In this document: positions 37,799 to 49,000 of the stretch, one piece after another | How the letters are laid out: each line of letters opens with the position of its first letter | Position numbering within the stretch: position 1 is the stretch's first letter | DNA from: Acidobacteriota bacterium | Lineage (GTDB): Bacteria; Acidobacteriota; Vicinamibacteria; Marinacidobacterales; Marinacidobacteraceae | Length of the DNA: 64,000 nucleotides | Direction: 5' to 3' | NCBI GenBank assembly: GCA_022826825.1 | Contig: JAJDUD010000063.1 | Span: forward strand, 196,512-260,511 | Program-made: the position numbers and the translations under genes | Notes under the pieces: model-generated | Databases searched by the model: none | Told to the model about the DNA's origin: nothing | What the model saw: only the letters and a program-made list of their open reading frames with translations

Positions 37799-37820
37799 GG
37801 CGTTACCTCGGCGGTCTGGA

Positions 37821-38657
37821 CTATGCGGCCGGCTGGACCTGTTCGGCCACCGGGACGTCGGTGACGAACATGTGGCCCGGCGCGTGGGAAATCAGGAGGT
37901 CCGGCTGCGCGTTCCGGCAGGCGACCTGCGAGGTCACCCCGCAGGCCCAGAAGACCGGCACTTCTCCCGGGAGGAGTCCACCGTCCTCACCCCAGTCAGG
38001 CCGGGAAAGATCATGGATTCCGAGTTCCGCCGGGTCGCCGACGTGTACCGGCGCCCCGTGGGCCAGCGGCTGCTCCCCACTGATCCGCACCGCGTCCTCC
38101 ACCCGGGACTCCGGAATCGGCCGCATGGTGACCACGAGGCGGCCGTGGAACGGCCCCGCCGGTTCGCACTGCCGGCCGCTCAGGTACATCGGCACGACGC
38201 GACCCTCGTCCTGGTGACGCAGCCGGATACCGGCCTCGACGAGCCCCGCCTCGAAGCCGAAGCTGCAACCGAGCAGGAACGCGGTGAGATCCGCATTCCA
38301 CGCCTCGCGCACATCGGTGACCTCAATGGGCGGGACGCCCCGCCTGGTCACCCGGTAGCGCGGCACGTCGGTCCGGAGATCGGCGCCCGGAGCCAGGGCG
38401 GCCGGCTCCGGGCTCTCGCTCATGAGCAGGAGCGGACACGGTTTGGGGTTTTGCTCGCAGAACGTGCGGAAGTCCCCGGCGAGGGACCGCGGCAGGACGA
38501 TCAGGTTCGCCTGGGCAAACCCCGGGCACGCTCCGGAGGTCGTTTCGTCGAACTGTCCGTTGCGGCAGGCGGCGCGGAGCGCTCGCGGGTCCGACCGGGG
38601 GTCGCCGGCGTCGGTTACCGGGGTTTCGCCGGTGTTCAGGGGACGGCTTTCGTGCAT
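37821..38657 (-). CDS. DUF1445 (UPF0317 / putative hydro-lyase) family protein
   Basis: 278 aa. [15 protein letters not shown] is DUF1445-like. Confidence 0.5.
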   Translation of the reverse strand: MHESRPLNTGETPVTDAGDPRSDPRALRAACRNGQFDETTSGACPGFAQANLIVLPRSLAGDFRTFCEQNPKPCPLLLMSESPEPAALAPGADLRTDVPRYRVTRRGVPPIEVTDVREAWNADLTAFLLGCSFGFEAGLVEAGIRLRHQDEGRVVPMYLSGRQCEPAGPFHGRLVVTMRPIPESRVEDAVRISGEQPLAHGAPVHVGDPAELGIHDLSRPDWGEDGGLLPGEVPVFWACGVTSQVACRNAQPDLLISHAPGHMFVTDVPVAEQVQPAA

Positions 38658-38901
38658 GACGGCAACGCGGGCTGTTCGCCTCCAAGGGCAACTTTACGGG
38701 ACCGCTCGGCGGAAGAAATGGAACGCATCGGTTCGCCGACGGGCTGTTATACTGCCCGCTTCGGGCGACTCCGCGATCTCCGCACGTTCCGGCGGCATTC
38801 GGACCGGGACCTGCCGGGAAGCGACGCGCCCGAAATTTTTTTACTCTGGAACACCTCAAGCCACTGCGATCGCACGCCCCGTCACCCGCATCCTCAGCGT
38901 T

Positions 38902-39360
38902 TTGTCCCGTTCGGCAGGCACAACCTTCGCGCGCGCCAGTGAAATCAGGCGCCGCTGGTTCGTGGTGGACGCGGGCGATCAGCCCCTCGGCCGCCTCGCG
39001 AGCCGGGTAGCCCGGGTGCTGACCGGCAAGCACAAGCCTTCCTGGACCCCGTTCCTCGACTGTGGCGACCACGTGATCGTGTTGAACGCCGCCCGGGTCC
39101 GCCTCACGGGCCGCAAGGAGGAGCAGAAGGTGTATTACCGGACCAGCGGACGGCCCGGCGGCCTGAAGTCGAGGACCGCGGCCCAGGTCCGCAGCAGCCA
39201 CCCCGAACGCCTCGTCGAGAGCGCGGTGCGGGGGATGTTGCCCAAGGGCAGTCTCGGGCGTTCGCAGTTCACGAAGCTGAAGGTGTATCCGGGCGGCGAG
39301 CACCCGCACGAGGCCCAGCAGCCGGAACCCCTCCCCGCCCATCTCGGCCCGTCGTCCTGA
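38902..39360 (+). CDS. rplM: 50S ribosomal protein L13
   Basis: [18 protein letters not shown]...[12 protein letters not shown] matches L13. There is no in-frame ATG. TTG at 38902 is assumed as the start. Confidence 0.8.
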   Translation: MSRSAGTTFARASEIRRRWFVVDAGDQPLGRLASRVARVLTGKHKPSWTPFLDCGDHVIVLNAARVRLTGRKEEQKVYYRTSGRPGGLKSRTAAQVRSSHPERLVESAVRGMLPKGSLGRSQFTKLKVYPGGEHPHEAQQPEPLPAHLGPSS

Positions 39361-39752
39361 TGTCAGAACCCCTCGCGTACGGCACCGGCAAGCGGAAGAG
39401 TTCCATCGCCCGGGTGTACCTGCGGAACGGCTCCGGCGAGATCCTGGTGAATCACCGGCCGCTCGCCGACTACTTCCCGAGAGAGGCGTACCAGAACTGG
39501 GTCACCCAGCCGCTGCTCGCCACCGACCAGGGCGGCGCGGTGGATATCGATGCCCGCGTCAAGGGCGGTGGACTGTCCGGGCAGGCGGCCGCGGTGCGGC
39601 TCGGCATCGCCCGGGCGCTGAGCGACAACGACGCGCGGCTGCGGCCGGAGCTCAAGCGCCGGGGTTTCCTCACCCGGGATGCGCGGCGCAAGGAGCGCAA
39701 GAAGTACGGACAGCCGGGCGCGCGGAAGCGCTTCCAGTACTCCAAGCGCTGA
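39360..39752 (+). CDS. rpsI: 30S ribosomal protein S9
   Basis: GTGKRKSSIARV...ends QYSKR. ATG overlaps the rplM stop. Confidence 0.95.
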   Translation: MSEPLAYGTGKRKSSIARVYLRNGSGEILVNHRPLADYFPREAYQNWVTQPLLATDQGGAVDIDARVKGGGLSGQAAAVRLGIARALSDNDARLRPELKRRGFLTRDARRKERKKYGQPGARKRFQYSKR

Positions 39753-39812
39753 CGATGGCCCGCCACCTGCTTCCGAGCTTTCCCTGGCGGGCCTCCGCCT
39801 GCTGTTGATCCG

Positions 39813-40784
<972 letters not shown>

Positions 40785-40847
40785 CCGGACACCCTCGAGC
40801 AACCGCCAGGAGTCGCCGTCCCGGCGGCTTCCACAGGAGATTCCCCA

Positions 40848-41474
40848 ATGGCCGCCATCAGCGCCCAGGACGTCAAGAAGCTCCGGGACCAGACCGGAGC
40901 GGGCTTCGCCGACTGCAAGAAAGCACTCGTGGACGCGGACGGAGATTTCGACAAGGCCATCCGCCTGCTGCGCGAGAAGGGCGCCGCGGCGGCGGAGCGC
41001 CGCGCGGGACGGACCACCAGCGAGGGTCTCATCCACTCGTACATCCACGACCACCGGATCGGGGTGATGGTGGAGCTCTCCTGCGAGACCGATTTCGTCG
41101 CCCGGAACGAGACTTTCCGCGACCTCGCGAACGACGTGGCGATCCACATCGCCTGCGCCTATCCCGCCCCGGCGCGCTGGGTCCGGCGCGAGGACGTTCC
41201 CGAAGCGGTGATCCACGACGAAACGGACCTCATCCGCGCGCAGTTGGCGCAGGATCCGAAGAACGCCAACAAGCCGCCCCAAGTGGTGGACCGCATCGTG
41301 TCCGGAAAGCTCGACCGGTTCCTCTCCGAACGGGTGCTCGTCGAGCAGCCGTACGCCCTCGACGACTCGAAGAAGATGCGGGTTCAGGACCGGATCCTGG
41401 AAGCCGCGCAGGCGATCAAGGAGAACATCCAGGTGCGGCGCTTCGTCCGCTTCGAGCGCGGCGAACAAATCTAG
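40848..41474 (+). CDS. tsf: Elongation factor Ts (short form)
   Basis: VKKLRDQTGAGFADCKKAL is the UBA-like EF-Ts N-terminus. Confidence 0.9.
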   Translation: MAAISAQDVKKLRDQTGAGFADCKKALVDADGDFDKAIRLLREKGAAAAERRAGRTTSEGLIHSYIHDHRIGVMVELSCETDFVARNETFRDLANDVAIHIACAYPAPARWVRREDVPEAVIHDETDLIRAQLAQDPKNANKPPQVVDRIVSGKLDRFLSERVLVEQPYALDDSKKMRVQDRILEAAQAIKENIQVRRFVRFERGEQI

Positions 41475-41591
41475 CCAAACGGCCCACCCGTCCGGGTACC
41501 ATGGCGTCACTCGGACAGGCCGGGGACGCGAGGAAACCTGTTCCGCGCGGCCGCGGCCGCCGCCCCCTCCAGATCGCATGACGGGCCTCAG

Positions 41592-42308
41592 ATGACCGGA
41601 CCGAAACGGGTTCTGCTCAAGCTGTCCGGCCAGGCGCTCAAGGGCGAGGAACATGCCGGCATCTCTCCGGGAGAAGTGGAGCGGATGGCGCGGCTCATTG
41701 CCGCGGTCCACGGGGACGGCATCGAGACCGCCTGCGTGATCGGCGGCGGGAACATCTTCCGGGGACTCGGCGCCGAAACCCGCGGCATGGACCGGGTCAC
41801 CGCGGATTCGATGGGGATGCTGGCCACCCTGATCAACGCCCTCGCGGTCCAGGAGGCGCTCGAAAAGCGGGGTTGCCAGACCCGGGTGATGTCCGCCATC
41901 ACCGTCCGGCAGGTCGCCGAGCCCTTCATTCGAAGGCGGGCCCTCCGGCATCTCGACAAGGGACGGATCACCCTCTTCGCGGCGGGCACCGGAAACCCCT
42001 ACTTCTCGACGGACACCGCCGCCGCGCTCCGCGCCAACGAGATTCGCGCGGACGTGCTCATCAAGGCCACCCGGGTGCCGGGCGTCTTCACCGGCGACCC
42101 GGAAAAGGACCCGGAAGCCCGGCCGATCCGCCGGCTCACCTACCTGGAAGCGATCCGGCAGGAGCTTCGCTTCATGGACACCACCGCGATCTCGCTGTGC
42201 ATGGAGAACGACCTCCCGATCGTGGTGTGCCACCAGGACGACATTCAACAAGCCGCCCGGGGCGACGACGTCGGGACCCGGGTGGAAACGTCGGCCCTCG
42301 AGGAATAG
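41592..42308 (+). CDS. pyrH: UMP kinase
   Basis: RVLLKLSGQAL...GGGNIFRG are PyrH motifs. Confidence 0.9.
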   Translation: MTGPKRVLLKLSGQALKGEEHAGISPGEVERMARLIAAVHGDGIETACVIGGGNIFRGLGAETRGMDRVTADSMGMLATLINALAVQEALEKRGCQTRVMSAITVRQVAEPFIRRRALRHLDKGRITLFAAGTGNPYFSTDTAAALRANEIRADVLIKATRVPGVFTGDPEKDPEARPIRRLTYLEAIRQELRFMDTTAISLCMENDLPIVVCHQDDIQQAARGDDVGTRVETSALEE

Positions 42309-42330
42309 GGCCGCGGGGGGAGCGGAAGCG

Positions 42331-42888
42331 ATGAATCACGCGATTCTGGACGACCTGAACCGCCGGATGGACAAGACGGTCGAGGTGTTCGAGCACGAAC
42401 TGGCTTCGGTGCGCACCGGCCGGGCGTCGGTCGCTCTCCTGGACTCGGTCCGGGTGGACTACTACGGACAGCTCATGCCGCTGAACCAGGTCGCCACCCT
42501 GAAGACGCCGGACGCGAGCACCATCACCGTGCAGCCCTGGGAGCGGAACCTGCTTCCGGCGGTGGACCGGGCCATTCGCGCCGCCGATCTCGACCTGAAC
42601 CCGGCCTCGGACGGCGCCATCCTCCGCATCCCGATCCCGCCGCTCAGCCAGGAACGTCGGAAGCAACTCGCGAAGAACATCAGCCGGATGGCGGAAGAGC
42701 ACAAGAACGCGCTCCGGCAGGTCCGGCGCGACGCCAACCAGCGCGCCAAGAAGCTGGTCAAGAGCAAGGAGCTCTCCGAGGACCTCGAGCACGACCTCGA
42801 GGCCGAGGTCCAAAAGGCCACCGACGCCCACGTGAAGCGCATCGTGGAGATCGCCGCGCGCAAGGAAGCGAGCATCCTCTCCGTCTGA
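42331..42888 (+). CDS. frr: Ribosome recycling factor
   Basis: 185 aa. VRTGRASVALLD is typical of Frr. Confidence 0.9.
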   Translation: MNHAILDDLNRRMDKTVEVFEHELASVRTGRASVALLDSVRVDYYGQLMPLNQVATLKTPDASTITVQPWERNLLPAVDRAIRAADLDLNPASDGAILRIPIPPLSQERRKQLAKNISRMAEEHKNALRQVRRDANQRAKKLVKSKELSEDLEHDLEAEVQKATDAHVKRIVEIAARKEASILSV

Positions 42889-42889
42889 A

Positions 42890-44095
42890 GTGGCGACCCC
42901 CTACTCCTATCTCACCCACCTCGAGTGCTCGAAGACCGGGCACCGCCACGAGGCCTTCGCCCCGCAGAACCTCTCGAACGAAAAGCACCCGCTGCTCGCC
43001 TGCTACGACCTCGAAGCGGCCGCGGAGACGTTCACCCCGGCGGCGATCCGGGACCGGCCCTTCGACCTCTGGCGCTACCACGAGGTCCTGCCCATCCAGG
43101 AGGAGCGCCATTGCCTGAAGCTCGGTGAGGGGGGCACGCCGCTGCATCCGGCCCCCACGCTGGGCGCCGAGCTCGGGATCCGGGAACTCCTCATCAAGGA
43201 CGAGGGGATGAACCCCACCGGGAGTTTCAAGGACCGGGGGCTCTGCCTGGCGGTCTCGGCGGCGTACCAGTTCGGCGCTCCCGGGATCGCCCTGCCCTCG
43301 GCGGGGAACGCCGGCGGGGCGGCCGCCGCCTACGCCGCCCGGGCCGGGATCGAGTGCGTGGTCGCGGTGCCCCGCGACTGTCCCGAGGTGAACCGGATCG
43401 AGGCGTCCGTGTACGGGGCCGAAGTCCACTCCATCGACGGCCTGATCTCCGATGCCGGCCGGATGATCGCGGAGCTGGCGCCGGGCCGCGGCCTCTTCGA
43501 GGTGGCCACGCTCAAGGAGCCCTACCGGATCGAGGGCAAGAAGACGATGGGCTACGAGGTCTTCGAGCAGCTCGGACGCCTGCCCGAGGTGATCCTCTAC
43601 CCGACCGGCGGCGGCACCGGCCTCATCGGCATGTGGAAGGCATTCGACGAGATGGAGCAACTGGGCTGGATCGGACCGGAGCGGCCCCGGATGGTCTCGG
43701 TGCAGTCCGAGGGCTGCGCTCCGATCCCGAAGGCGTTCGAGGAAGGAACGGAAGCCTCCGAGATGTGGCAGGACGCGCATACCGTGGCCTCCGGGCTCCG
43801 GGTTCCCAAGGCGCTCGGAGATTTCCTGATCCTGGCGGCGGTCCGGGAGAGCGGCGGCTCGGCGATCGCGGTCAGCGACGAGGAGCTCATGTGCGACGCC
43901 CGCCGGATCGCCGCCGCCGAGGGCATCTTCGCCGCCCCCGAGGGCGGCGCCTGCCTGAGCGCGCTGCGCCGGCTCCGCGATTCGGGCGACGTGACCGAGG
44001 ACGACACCGTGGTCCTCTTCAACACGGGCACCGGCGCCAAGTACGTGGAGGCGTTCCTGGGACCGGGCGCCGCCCCCGCCCACGCCGAGCTGTAA
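42890..44095 (+). CDS. thrC: Threonine synthase (short, PLP-dependent)
   Basis: [10 protein letters not shown] is the PLP-lysine motif. GTG start 2 bp after the frr stop. Confidence 0.75.
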   Translation: MATPYSYLTHLECSKTGHRHEAFAPQNLSNEKHPLLACYDLEAAAETFTPAAIRDRPFDLWRYHEVLPIQEERHCLKLGEGGTPLHPAPTLGAELGIRELLIKDEGMNPTGSFKDRGLCLAVSAAYQFGAPGIALPSAGNAGGAAAAYAARAGIECVVAVPRDCPEVNRIEASVYGAEVHSIDGLISDAGRMIAELAPGRGLFEVATLKEPYRIEGKKTMGYEVFEQLGRLPEVILYPTGGGTGLIGMWKAFDEMEQLGWIGPERPRMVSVQSEGCAPIPKAFEEGTEASEMWQDAHTVASGLRVPKALGDFLILAAVRESGGSAIAVSDEELMCDARRIAAAEGIFAAPEGGACLSALRRLRDSGDVTEDDTVVLFNTGTGAKYVEAFLGPGAAPAHAEL

Positions 44096-44097
44096 CG

Positions 44098-44153
44098 GAG
44101 CGCCGGCCTCCGGTCGGCATCGCCCGCGTAGCGGGCGAAACTCCCGACGTGAC
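44098..44153 (-). repeat. REP/BIME-like element, type A, minus orientation
   Basis: Sequence is GGAGCGCCGGCCTCCGGTCGGCATCGCCCGCGTAGCGGGCGAAACTCCCGACG. Confidence 0.6.
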
Positions 44154-44232
44154 TTCCCTGCATGGCGCCCTGGTCTCAACGTCGCCATGTGCGTCCGCTT
44201 GTGGGTATAACATGTTCGACTAGGAATACTCC

Positions 44233-44493
44233 ATGCCGAATACCAGCGTTCACTTTCCCGAGCCCGTTCTCGAAAGTCTGGACCGTATCGCCAGAGAACA
44301 GGGCAAGAGCCGCAATCGCCTGATCGTGGAATCCTGTCGGCGCACGATCGAGGAACGGGCGCGCTGGCCGGACGGCTTTTTCTCAAACGATCACCTGAGC
44401 GCGGAAGAACTCCAGGTTCTTCAGGAGGATTGCCAGGACTTCGAACAGGCCATCCGGGCCGCACGTCGGAGTCGAAGCGCCCCGCCGTTCTGA
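44233..44493 (+). CDS. Ribbon-helix-helix (CopG-like) antitoxin
   Basis: 86 aa. The N-terminus VHFPEPVLESLDRIAREQGKSRNRLIVE fits a ribbon-helix-helix fold. Its stop overlaps the downstream PIN gene start (TGATG). Confidence 0.65.
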   Translation: MPNTSVHFPEPVLESLDRIAREQGKSRNRLIVESCRRTIEERARWPDGFFSNDHLSAEELQVLQEDCQDFEQAIRAARRSRSAPPF

Positions 44494-44906
44494 TGCTGCT
44501 CCTCGATACGAGCGCCGCCTCGGAGATCATGCGGCGGCGTCCCGACGCCCTGCGCCGCCTGCGCAATGAAGACCCTTCCCGCGTGTGGTTGTGCGCGCCG
44601 GTAGCCGCGGAGATCCACTTCGGCTTGTCCCGGCTGCCCGATGGTTCGTCTCGCAGGGGTCTGCTCGAATCCGAGTTCCGGAACCTCCGGACCGCGCTCC
44701 GCTGGATCGACTGGAATGAGTCGGCATCCCGAGCCTTCGGGCGTTGGAAGGCCTTCCTCCAACAGCGGGGGACGCCAATCGAGGACATGGATATGGCCAT
44801 CGCCTCCATCGCGCTCAGCCTCCCCGCGCGGTTGGCTACCTGCAACGTCCGGCATTTCACCCGGATCGACGATCTCGAAGTCGACGATTGGTCGCGGCAG
44901 GCATAG
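44493..44906 (+). CDS. vapC: PIN-domain toxin, VapC-like
   Basis: MLLLDTSAASEIM...is a PIN N-terminal acidic motif. The longer ORF from 44430 is unlikely. Confidence 0.75.
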   Translation: MLLLDTSAASEIMRRRPDALRRLRNEDPSRVWLCAPVAAEIHFGLSRLPDGSSRRGLLESEFRNLRTALRWIDWNESASRAFGRWKAFLQQRGTPIEDMDMAIASIALSLPARLATCNVRHFTRIDDLEVDDWSRQA

Positions 44907-45095
44907 CAGCCTGGGGCAGGAATCAAGCGGCATCCAAACCGATCGCAAACGGTTCCGGACACCAGGGGCGCAGGAAACCGCATTCAGCCGGTGAGCGTTG
45001 TCTATAGGGTTGACCGGTCGTACGGGCGGCGCACCGGCGGGCAGCGGAGATAACCCTGACGGTGACAACGCCCGCTGACCCTCCCGAGGATCCAC

Positions 45096-46016
45096 ATGCT
45101 CGAAATCAGAAACCTCGTCAAGGTCTATCCGGGGCCGGTAGCGGCGCTCCAGGGCGTCTCGCTCGAAGCCTCGCGCGGAATGCTGGGCCTCCTGGGGCCC
45201 AACGGCGCCGGCAAGACCACCCTCATGCGGATCGTCGCCGGCCTGCTGGAGCCCACGTCCGGCGCCGTGTTTCTGAACGGCGAGGACGTGACCGGCAACC
45301 CCCGGCGGATCCGCCGCCAGCTCGGCTACCTCCCCCAGTCCTTCGGCTTCTACCCCCATCTGACCGGCGCCGCGATGCTCCGTTTCCTCCTCGTGCTGAA
45401 GGGCGTCGAGGCCCCGCGGGGGTTGAAGCACCTTGCCGCGGAACTCCTCGAGCGCGTGAATCTCCAGGACGCCGCGAAGCGTAAGGTCGGGACCTACTCG
45501 GGCGGCATGCGCCAGCGGCTCGGCATCGCGCAGGCGCTGGCGGGGAACCCCCGGATCGTCGTGGTGGACGAGCCCACCGCCGGGCTCGACCCGGAGGAGC
45601 GGTTGCGTTTCTACCGCCTGCTCGCCGAAATGGCGGAAGACCGCCTGGTGCTCCTGTCCACGCACATCGTGGAGGACATTGCGGTTCTCTGTCCCCGGGT
45701 CGCGGTCCTGAGCGGCGGACAGGTCCTGGCGGACACCGCCCCCGGGGACGCCCGCGCGCGGCTCGAGGGCACGATCTATGAGGGTGCGGTCGCGAAGGAG
45801 GGCCTGGCGGAAACGGAGCGCCGCTTCCACGTCACCCAGGCGGTCCTGATCGAGGGGCGCAACCGGGTGCGGGTGCATGCCCCGGACGGACGGCCGCCCG
45901 AGGGTTTCGAACCCGTCCCTCCGAGCCTCGAGGACGCCTACCTGCTCCTCATCCGGAACCGCGCTCCAAAGAACGGCCAGCCGGCGCCGGAAGCCGCGCC
46001 GCACGCCGCGTCGTGA
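45096..46016 (+). CDS. ABC transporter ATP-binding protein, ABC-2 type
   Basis: Walker A GPNGAGKTT, signature SGGMRQR, Walker B VVVDEPT. Confidence 0.85.
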   Translation: MLEIRNLVKVYPGPVAALQGVSLEASRGMLGLLGPNGAGKTTLMRIVAGLLEPTSGAVFLNGEDVTGNPRRIRRQLGYLPQSFGFYPHLTGAAMLRFLLVLKGVEAPRGLKHLAAELLERVNLQDAAKRKVGTYSGGMRQRLGIAQALAGNPRIVVVDEPTAGLDPEERLRFYRLLAEMAEDRLVLLSTHIVEDIAVLCPRVAVLSGGQVLADTAPGDARARLEGTIYEGAVAKEGLAETERRFHVTQAVLIEGRNRVRVHAPDGRPPEGFEPVPPSLEDAYLLLIRNRAPKNGQPAPEAAPHAAS

Positions 46017-49000
46017 CCTCGCTCGCGAGGTGGGCCGCCGTCGCCCGCCGCGAACTGACCGCGGCGCTCCGGCGCCCGTCCTACTGGCTCCTGCTCGGCA
46101 TTCTCGGACTCACCGCCTTCGGCTTCTCTCAGGGCAACGTGACCATCAGCAGCGGCGAAGCGACGGCGGGAGGACTCCGTTCGCACGTCACCTCCGTCGC
46201 CGCCCAGAGCATGTTCCAGTCGGTCCTGATCACGGCCATGGGTGTCTGGTTCCTGGCCATCGGGGCGGGCCTCGTGCTGATCCGGGATGCCGAACTCCGG
46301 GTGGGGGAGATCATCCACGGGACGCGCCTGACCGCCCGGGAGTACGTGTGGGGCAGCTTCGCCGGAGCGCTGGCGGCGTTCCTCGTCATCTGGGGTCTCC
46401 ACCTGGGACTGTCCGCCGGTTTCAACCACGTCCTGGCGACGGGAGCGGACACCCCGCACATCGGGCCGTTCGTTCCCGGCAACTATCTCTACCCGGCCCT
46501 GCTGCTCGGCCTTCCCCAGATCGTGTTCTTCGCCGGGGTGCCGCTCTTCCTCGGCGCCTGGACGCGCCGGGCCATCGTGGTCTATGCGTTTCCCGTCGCG
46601 GTGGTGGTCGCCGTGCTGGGATTCCTGATCTCCTGGTCTCCGAGCTGGCTCGACCCGGCCATCAACCGGGCGCTGATGCTCGTGGATCCCTCGGGCTTTC
46701 GGTGGCTGAACGAGACCTTCCTGAAGGTCGATCGGGGCGTGGACTTCTACAACACCGCACCTCTCCCGCCGGACCCGGGATTCCTGCTCAGCCGCGTTGG
46801 CCTTGCCGGTATCGGACTCCTGGCGGTGGGGGCCGCGGCCCGGAACACCGCCCGCCGGCTCCTGCAGGGCGACACCGATTCCCTGGTGATCGGCTTCCGC
46901 CGTGGTGGAGGAGAGCGGGCCCGGCCAGCGGAAGCCCCGAAGTCACAGGCCGCCGTCGGCCGGACGCTCCGCGAACTGGGAATGCGGACTGTCCCGCCGG
47001 GATTCTTCGCGGCGGCGAAAGCCATCGGCCGGATCGAAGTCCGGGAGCTGCTGGTGAGGCCGTGGCTCTATCTGTTCGTCCCGCTCATTGTGTGGCAGTC
47101 CGTTTCCGCGAGCCTGTTCGCGCTCGGCCCCTTCGATGCGCCGCTCCTGGTGACTTCGGGCGCCATGGCCGCCCGCCAGTTCAACACGCTGAGCCTCCTC
47201 GTCTGCGTTCTGCTCCTCTTCTACACCGTGGAGTCGCTGATGAAGGAGCGAACCCAGCGACTCGCCGAGATCTACCGGGCGGCTCCCGTCGGGACCGGAG
47301 CGATGCTGCTCGGGAAGACGGTGGGCAACGTCGTGGTAGCGGGAGTGATTCTCGGCGCCGCCCTGGTCGCGTCGTGGGCGATCATCACCGGACGGCACCT
47401 CCTCGGCAATCCGGTCGGGTTCGACCTGTGGCCCTTCGCCGCGGCCTGGGGCGGGGTGATGGTCCCCACCTTCGTCTTCTGGACGGCCCTCGTGACCGCC
47501 GCCTTCGCGCTCTTCCGCAACCGCTACGCCGTGTACGGAGTCGGTCTGGCCATCGTCATCTACACCGTTTACCGGATGACGCTGGCCGGATTCCAGGTCG
47601 AGGGGGCGGCGCTCTCATGGGTCACCAACTGGCTGGCGTGGAACTCGATGGCCACGTGGAGCGACATGGGCGCCTTCTCGTTGTACGGCTGGGCTCTGGC
47701 CCTGAACCGCCTGCTCTACCTCAGCCTGGTCCCGCTGCTCTTGGCGCTGGCGGCGATGTGGTTCGGCCGGCAGGAGTTCGACGCCACCCGGATCCTCCAC
47801 CGTCTGCGGCCGAGGGCCCTGTTGCGGAGCGGCCTCCGGCTCCTGCCCTTCGCCGTTCCACCGGTCTTCCTGGCCTCGCTGCTCTTCTTCGGCGGCCGGG
47901 CCGGCGACCAGGGACCCGACGCCGAGGAAGCGGGCAAGGACTACTGGCGGCGCAACGTCGCGACGTGGACCGACTTCCGGATGCCGTCGGTCTCCCACGT
48001 GGAGCTCGACGTCGAACTCGACCCGCCGGCGCGCACCGCCTCGGTTTCCGGCGCCTACACGTTCGTGAACCACCGGGACCACGCCTACCCCGAGCTTCCC
48101 ATCACCGCGCGGCCCTCGGCCCCGATCGCATGGACTCTTGACGGCGAGCCCCACGAACCCGACGACCGCGCGGGGCTCTTCGTCTTCACTCCCGAAAGAC
48201 CTCTGGCGCCCGGCGATTCGCTGACCGTCGGCTACCGCTACGACCTCCAGCATCCCCGGGGGCTGAGCGCGAGGGTCGGCGGCCGGGGTGAGTTCATCCT
48301 GGACTCGGGAGTCGTGCTGACCGGTTTCTCACCGACGTTCGTCCCGGTTCCGGGGTACCTGCCGGGGATTGGCGTTGACGCGGACAACCGTTACGACCGG
48401 CGGGAGTATCCCGACGACTTCTTCGAGGGCGAGACGGAACCACTCTTCGGCTGGGGCGGGACTCCCCTCACCACGAAGATCCGGATCACCGTACCGGAGG
48501 AATACACCGCGAACAGCGTAGGGCGGCTTGTGAGCGACGAGGTCCGGGACGGGCGGCGCACCGTGGTGTGGGAGTCCGACCATCCGGTGCGGCTCTTCAA
48601 CATCATCGCCGGCCGTTACGCGGTGAAGGAGGGCCGGGGCACCGCCATCTACTACCACCCGCAACACGACTACAACGTCGAGGAGATGTCCGCCGCGCTC
48701 GACGCCGCCCGCGAGCACTACTCGGAGTGGTTTTATCCCTTCCCGTGGGAACTCCTGAAGCTGTCCGAGTTCCCGGCGTACGCCGGCTTGGCCCAGGGGT
48801 TCCCCACCAACATCACCTTCAGCGAGGGCATCGGCTTCCTCACGAAGAGCGATCCCCGCTCCCACGCCGCCTTCACCGTCGTGGCCCACGAAGCGGCGCA
48901 CATGTGGTGGGGCAACATCCTGACCCCGGGCCGGGGACCCGGCGGCAACATCCTGTCCGAGGGGATGGCCCACTACGCGACGATCCTGCTCCACCAGGAA

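Noticed and set aside
38422-38901. Long 5' extension of the rplM ORF starting at 38422
   Set aside because: It overlaps the divergent DUF1445 gene on the other strand, and the extension has no L13 homology. L13 homology begins near 38910. The TTG at 38902 is the assumed start, because there is no in-frame ATG.
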